DNA of 64,000 bases from Blasia pusilla (lineage: Eukaryota). Shown here in pieces: positions 57,511 to 64,000 of this stretch. Both the position numbers and the translations under genes were made by a program. Where the stretch lies: the NCBI GenBank assembly GCA_050084515.1, contig CM114271.1:17360001-17424000 (forward strand), in the 5' to 3' direction. The notes under the pieces are model-generated. The model was not told the DNA's origin. It worked only from the letters and a program-made list of their open reading frames with translations, and did no database searches. Positions within the stretch are counted from its first letter, which is position 1. Every line of letters begins with the position of its first letter.

Positions 57511-60500
57511 CTATCTAGCAGCCCCACTCATGTGAAGAAGCCCACTGGCGGAACCCATCCACAGTGCCCACGTATTGTCTTCCAGAAACGGAGACTCCTC
57601 AGAAAATCCCCCCCATCGAGCTGAATTACTTGTGCCTGCAAATTCTCATGATCAAGAGTGTTAGAAGTTTACTTCCATGACAGAACAAAAATCTTGGAGA
57701 TCAATCACAGGTAACTGGCAGCTTACAGAAAGATCTGGGCCAGCTAGCTGTTGTTGCTGGAGATGTCAAGCCCTTCTCCACATGCAGTAGACAACCAGAG
57801 GCCATGCTCCACACTCGGACAGAACAATCCTCACCACCTGAATCAACAGTGGGTATGAATAAGCTCACTTAGTTCTCCAGGTATTGCTAATTCATACACC
57901 AATTTACACTACACTCAGTGACATGTTTGCATGTCACGTTCTACATACACAAATCCATGACAAAGCATAAATAAGACCATTGCTGAACGTCGCAGATAAC
58001 AGGTAAGAACCTAACCGGAAACAAGTAGTCTCTCAGTTGGGTCCAACCCAAGCTGCAAAACAGTATGTGTGTTGAAGTGTCCATGGTATGAACGAACTGC
58101 TCCACTCCTTACCATTCGTCGGTCCCATTGTTGAATCTAGTGCACAACATAGAAAAAGCACATATGAAAAGGTAATCCCACTAGAACCGTCTCAAGTTCA
58201 CAATTCTTGCGAAAGACTGAGGATTCATACAAAACTCCAACAATACTTCGTGATATGTAAAAGGCATACCAGAAGCCAGCAAAGCGTTTGAGAGACAACA
58301 GCAGATGGCAAAAGTGCACCCTACCTCTCCATTCATAGCACTTGCTAGCAGATACCACTCACTGGAGCGAAGTAGGGCCAGGCTGCATAATGATCACCAA
58401 ATGTAAGCAATAAACTTCATATAAGATTTAACAAAAAAAAAAAACAAAAACAAATCTGGCAACTTGATGCTACGAGAGGTTTTTTTCATCACATCTTGCT
58501 CCAGAACTTGCGACTCAAGTCAACGACACGAAATTACCTGCAAATAGCTGACTCCATCAGCATAATTTGAGAATGACTGCAATATAGATTATCCACATTT
58601 GAAAATTGTTTCTGCAGCCACAACATGAATCATGTGTTTGCATAGAGACAAGACACCCAATATAGATGTTAGAAAAGGCATGAAGACCCTGCTTCTCAAT
58701 TTCTACCACATTCTTATGTCCAAGATAATGTTACCACTACAGCAGACAATCCTGGAAGGGTACAATGTGTATGCCCTTCAAAGAACATACGAGTTTGCAA
58801 CAGACTAGAGTACATGTGAATGAAATCTTCAGCCAGACTTCCCATGGTAGGGGGAAAAAAGGGAAGCTCACTGACTGCAGCTTCTTGGATTCCAAGAAAG
58901 CATATGACTTGGTATGCCATGATGGTACATCTTCATAGCAGGCCAATTCTTGGAGGCATAGAGTGTTAGATATCAGCACGTAGCTGATTACCAGAGACCC
59001 TCCTCTATTGACACCATGCCTAGCCACCTCTGCAGGTTTAATAGGACAGGCAGGTCATTCTTGTGACTCACCTCTAATGTGTCAGTGAATAGGTGTCACT
59101 TGTTAGCAACTCAGCACTCCTGGAAGTGAATTGCATTTTCTTTAGTTAGGACACGTTGTCTGTTGTAGGAAGGGCACAATAGAGGGCCTTGTGTATTTTG
59201 TTGAAATTTGTTAATATCTAGTTTAGTCATGCCCTAAAATTAGTTAGTCAAATACTAACTTAGTTGGATACTAATTTAGTTAGCTAGAGATAACTTAGTG
59301 TTCCTCTATCTTTTTAGGGTAACCTTGAATTAGGACAATTCTCGAGTTAGGGCTAGCCACCATCTGTTATTTAGGGTATGGATCTGTTCAAGGTCAAGAA
59401 GATCCAAGGGCCAGAAGTGCTCACCCTCATGTATATAATGTCTCTGTTTAGAGAGCAGAAGTCAATTCTACAGCATGCACAGTTTTGGTGAGGACTCCTG
59501 AGGCTCTTGGTCCTGCTGCAGAGTGATCAGAGAATAGGAAGAGGAGATTGAGACTAATTGCTGTGCTTGCTAGAGCCTCACTGGAAGGCAGGTTGTTTTG
59601 TCTAGTATGCTGATGGAGATTGTTTGTGCTCAATGGTGAGCCATGTCTGATCTCTGAGCTGGTGACATGTGAGGACCTGTAGTGTGAGTGCAAGGTGTGG
59701 CTGAGTAGAATCCTTCTTAGTATCTCTTAGATAGTAAGAAGAGTCACATCATGGTAGGGCTCTGATTTGGAAATAGAGATAGGAACTGATTTGTTGATTG
59801 TGTACAAGCTGAAATCATGGATGGTCTAGCTGATGCTAGCTCTGACTTTGTACAAGGAGATACTTCTGCTGGTCAATCATTTTCTCAATGGCAGTTCACA
59901 GGTGGTTCAGGTATGCACATCTGAGGTACGATCTGAGGTACGAATCTCCAATTAAGCAGAATAGTAGCATTGGTGACAATTCTGGCATTAGATTGGATCT
60001 CCATATCCTTCTTTTCAGAGAAAAAACGATTGTCCTTCCAAATGCCATGTCTTATGCTTAAATGCTGATGAATTGGCCTACCTTGCTAGTGGTAAGTCTC
60101 GTTTGTTGGTTGAACTTCTGCCGATTGCTCCAGGGCTCCAGCTTTTCTGACCCCTGCTTGCAGGAGTCTACGCGTGGAATTCTCATTTTAGAATCTGAGG
60201 TCTTGCGTGGATAAGAGGTAGATTGAGAAAGCCTTGGATCACTCCATGACCTAGGTCGAGCCTGGCGTAAATCAATAGTTGAAATTGCACCATTCCGAAA
60301 CCCACAAAGTAAAACATTTCCCTGTAAAAAGTATGAACATCCCTTGTGAGTTTGACATTCACCTTAAACATAGACTGGAACTCACTTAACATTGCAAGAT
60401 ATCCATCAACTAATATAATCTCTACCACTCAAGAAAAGAATCTCCCTTCAAAATGCTAATATCTCAGAAACCATGTGGAGTTGACGGGATACGCCACACC

Positions 60501-63500
60501 ATCACAAGAAATTTCAGTAGCCTCCCAAATTAAGCCTTTTTCAAGGAAACTGAAGCAGATTCATCTGAATCTTGAATCAAATAGAAGAGACCAACAAGGA
60601 CACATTCAACTCACTGAGCTGTCAAATTGCTGGGCAAGAACAGCACTAGAGTGACGACAGAGCCTTGTTATTGCAGTACTCTCCAAATCCACTGTCGCAG
60701 CCCCTGAACTCATTCCTGTAAGAAAAGATAAAGCTTCAGCAGTTGCAACACCCCCTGACAGTATCTGAGCAAAATAGCACTTGTTAAGTACCTAGTGCAC
60801 ATGACCACAAGCAAATGAAAATAATTTATATCATCAGAGGACCTGCTCCCTAATAATCAGGTGAATGTGAAGCTGTATACCAAGACTCGCTACCCTTCTA
60901 CGAGGGTTGCTTTCTGCTGTCCACACACTCTCATTTGTACTGCCACTTGCATATAGACGAAATGGAAGCGCGCCCTGGTATTGTTGCAGGGGATTACTGA
61001 CGTAGTCCAGTACAGGACGCATCAGATAAAGTGAGCCACCATCTGAGCCATTACCTAACGTAGTTATCCTGGTAGTATCTGTCAAGGTACACTTCTGGCA
61101 AAAGACTCAAACAAATTTCCAGGGGTACACTCCTCAAGCATGCAGATTTTCAACATGATGCAAAGTATTGATTTGTAAACTTAAACATCCAGAACCAAAC
61201 CGAATTGATCTACAGCATGGCTCAACTAACACTGCAGTCTTGCCATGCGCCCACTGACATGAGCAGGTCATCATCCATTTCAGGCTCAAAGGACAGATGG
61301 TATCAAGATAAACCATCCACAAGTGTAAGCTATGTAATCAAGTATGCAGTTACCAATATGTTTCAAACAGTGCAGGTGAACATGCATGGTGCAGGTTAGA
61401 CATGATCACACAATACGTCTGTATTTGGCCCTTGAAAGACCATGAAGAACTGAGAAAGTGATATGAGTGATGACTTGTTCAAGTTTGGCCATGGATCTTG
61501 GCAGGATGTTAGTTATCACAAGCACAAGACTAAGAAATCGCCTCTGTGATTATTATTAATCATGAAGGATACATGACACTCTGTTGCAGGCGTGTGCCAT
61601 CCTCCATATGATCTCCATCTGGCCACTCATTAAATCTCTTGATGGAGGTGATTTTGGATGGAAAGACAACTGTCTTCATGAATGGCCACAGTACAGGAGT
61701 TTCCTTATCTTCACCTGTCCAGAGACTTGGATTCGAAGGTAAACAGCGATCAGCTGGAACAACCTGACCTTGTCGCCAGCGATCTTGCTCCAGTGGTTCA
61801 CTTTTCTGCCAGACCCTATGAATCACACTCCAATGCATCAATTATCGTACTGGTTGAAACTAAGTCCAAGTTCACAAAACCAGACCAAGGTCATTAGTGC
61901 AAGAGAGGAAGACAACACTTACCCAAGATGACCATTGCTCCCCCCAAGAATCATCACATCTGCCTCCAATTCGCCTTCTCCAGTTTGAATGCTCACTTGT
62001 AACTGTTCTAGTCCACCATCTGCACTATTCTCAGCAATTCTGTACTTCCAAATCTTCACACAAATAGCAGAATCTCATGTTAGTATCAACCTTGATGGCA
62101 TGTAAGATCTCACAGATTCGTCCCATTCCAACTGTCCCCATCTGTCAGGAAGCCATTTTCTTCAAATAGTTACCCATAAAAGACAACAAAGGGAAGATTA
62201 CAAGAATCCCTAGGAGAAGATTCAAAGATTCAATGAGCTGAACTTAAAGGGCACTCTCAGATCCAAGATAATCCACTCCAATGATTTAAAATCAAAAGAT
62301 TTAATGGGCTTACGTAATTATACCCGTGGCTGGAAAGTATGCATTTCAAAATACTGCTGCTGGAAGACTGAGCTGCTGCTTCTTGATTGTTCTTTCCAGC
62401 TGTGTCCCATCATCTCCCGTTGATGTATGAGTCCCAAGACTCCATTATCGATTTTGTCAACTGACTTCATTAGTTTGGTCTTGTGCTTACTATCATGTCT
62501 CTCCTGATTTTCATCCTAGAACCACCAGCAAAATGAATAACCATAACAAACAAATTTCTTCATATTATAGCCAAACCACTTCAAAAAACCTGCAGCGAGG
62601 GTCCTGAACTCACTTACTTCAGGTTTAAATGGAAGAGAACTCACTTACTTCAGGTTTAAATGGAAGAGAACTCCCTGCATAGACATACCTGATAAGAGGT
62701 GCTCACAGACTCAGGGTCCCGTCCAGATCTCTTACTTCTCTTCTGCTGCTGTGATAGAGGAAAGTATCTATTACGATCAACATCGAAGTAAAAACCTGGA
62801 AGATCTGCTTCAACCAAGAAGAGGTCACAAACTGGACATATTAAAGGTTACTTTACGCCTCTTGACTTGATGCTAGGACCAGATCCTTCCAATTAAATGC
62901 AATTGGCATAGAACTTCTTGATGCTTCCAAAATTGATACTTTAAATTGTTACCAGATGCAGTCCTTCATCACTATATAAAGAGAATGCTATTTGTGATAA
63001 CAATCATGAATGACCAAGAGGCCAAGTTCACCCACGTAATTAAGAAAGAGGGGTTTAGGAAAAACTCCTGTGTACAGCAAGCAAAACTACAAAAGAGCCA
63101 TCTAACAAAGCATCGAGAAACGACTCCATAGTATCAGGGAACAGCGATAGTTAAAGCATTGGCCAGTTACTACCACTCCACAAAAAAAATCATCGAAATA
63201 TGCTGCACGAAAAAACGATACCAGCTCTGAGACATCCAAAGTAGCGCACTCAAGGTAAAGTATCAAGTATGGAGCATCCTAGCAGATCACGAATTACCAT
63301 GCCATCACAACTGTCACAATAAACTTTCAGGGAAATCCTAGGTTCTTTACATGTATGCTCGTCATAAACTGCCGCAAAATTCATCTTCCAGTAGTGCAAA
63401 ATCCCAGCTCACTTCAAGAAATCAAAAAAAGGAATTTAGGAGACATTGCTCTGATAGCAAAACGACAGAGTCTCCTTTAGTTCTTAGACCTCACAGTTCC

Positions 63501-63695
63501 AGTCGTTCTTAGTATAGTGAAAACGGAATCGGGAGAATCTAGTAGATCACGCGGTTTTACTCTGAACAAGAAAAAGAGCAGATACAGTAATTGCCAACCA
63601 GAACTCATGACAAACTACGGTCGCAACACAAAAACCTTAAGGTTCCGGTGAATTTCAGTACAGCGCAAGTAGATAAACGAACCTGCGGGTGGCAT
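57511..63695 (-). CDS. DCAF4/WDR21-like WD40 protein (DDB1-CUL4-associated factor; 13 exons, ~570 aa)
   Basis: Exons 63695-63683, 62804-62689, 62515-62324, 62053-61923, 61815-61573, 61068-60881, 60715-60615, 60321-60082, 58611-58538, 58382-58325, 58136-58016, 57837-57727 and 57635-57511, in phase. N-terminal MPPADLPGFYFDVDRNRYFP; LLCGFRNGAISTIDLR; QWDRR (WDxR); YHGHFNTH; GGEDCSVRVWS. Confidence 0.88.
59199..59890 (+). mobile_element. Truncated LTR-like insertion in intron 8 of the DCAF4-like gene
   Basis: Starts TGTTGAAATTTG; reverse-complement homologue of 55660-56349. Confidence 0.75.
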
Positions 63696-64000
63696 GATGA
63701 GCAAAGTTTCCAAAATTCCTCCGCACGCATACGCAGAGTGGAGTATTGTCCAGCTCCCTATCGGTCATCAAAAGACACAAACAAGATGTTTGTTGGTCAA
63801 TGCACAAGGATAGTGTGGGATAGCGGAGGAGAAGGAGGAGGAGGAGGGATGCATGAGGGATGGAGAAGAACATAAGGGAATTTTACGTTTGAAGGCAAAT
63901 TAAGAATGGCAAAAGAGGACAGAGTGCAGAGATCTTAGCGACTCGAATGGGACTCCATGCAATTACTATTGCGTCTCTATTTGAACTAGAAGAACATTCA

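Noticed and set aside
62606-62673. 31-bp tandem duplication containing GTAAGT donor-like sites in DCAF4-like intron 2
   Set aside because: Flanking exons join in phase without it; likely a neutral intronic duplication.

Overview
Eukaryotic nuclear DNA from a land plant, probably a non-seed lineage (inferred from GT-AG introns, plastid-type PDH E1-alpha, Helitron/LTR repeats). Five spliced minus-strand genes were reconstructed exon by exon: plastid pyruvate dehydrogenase E1-alpha, a DNAJC9/ATJ6-like J-protein, an adenylate/UMP-CMP kinase with an MGCxxS N-terminus, a flavin monooxygenase and a DCAF4-like WD40 protein. There is also one plus-strand membrane-protein ORF. Repeats include a full-length decayed Ty1/copia element with LTRs, PBS and 5-bp TSD, a short non-autonomous Helitron-like family with a 5-unit tandem array, LTR fragments, and micro/minisatellites. 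The standout is a decayed retroelement at ~47.2-50.9 kb. It has gag with two zinc knuckles, then an aspartic protease fused in frame to a DNMT3-like cytosine-C5 DNA methyltransferase domain. A second, diverged MTase fragment sits nearby between perfect 60-bp direct repeats.
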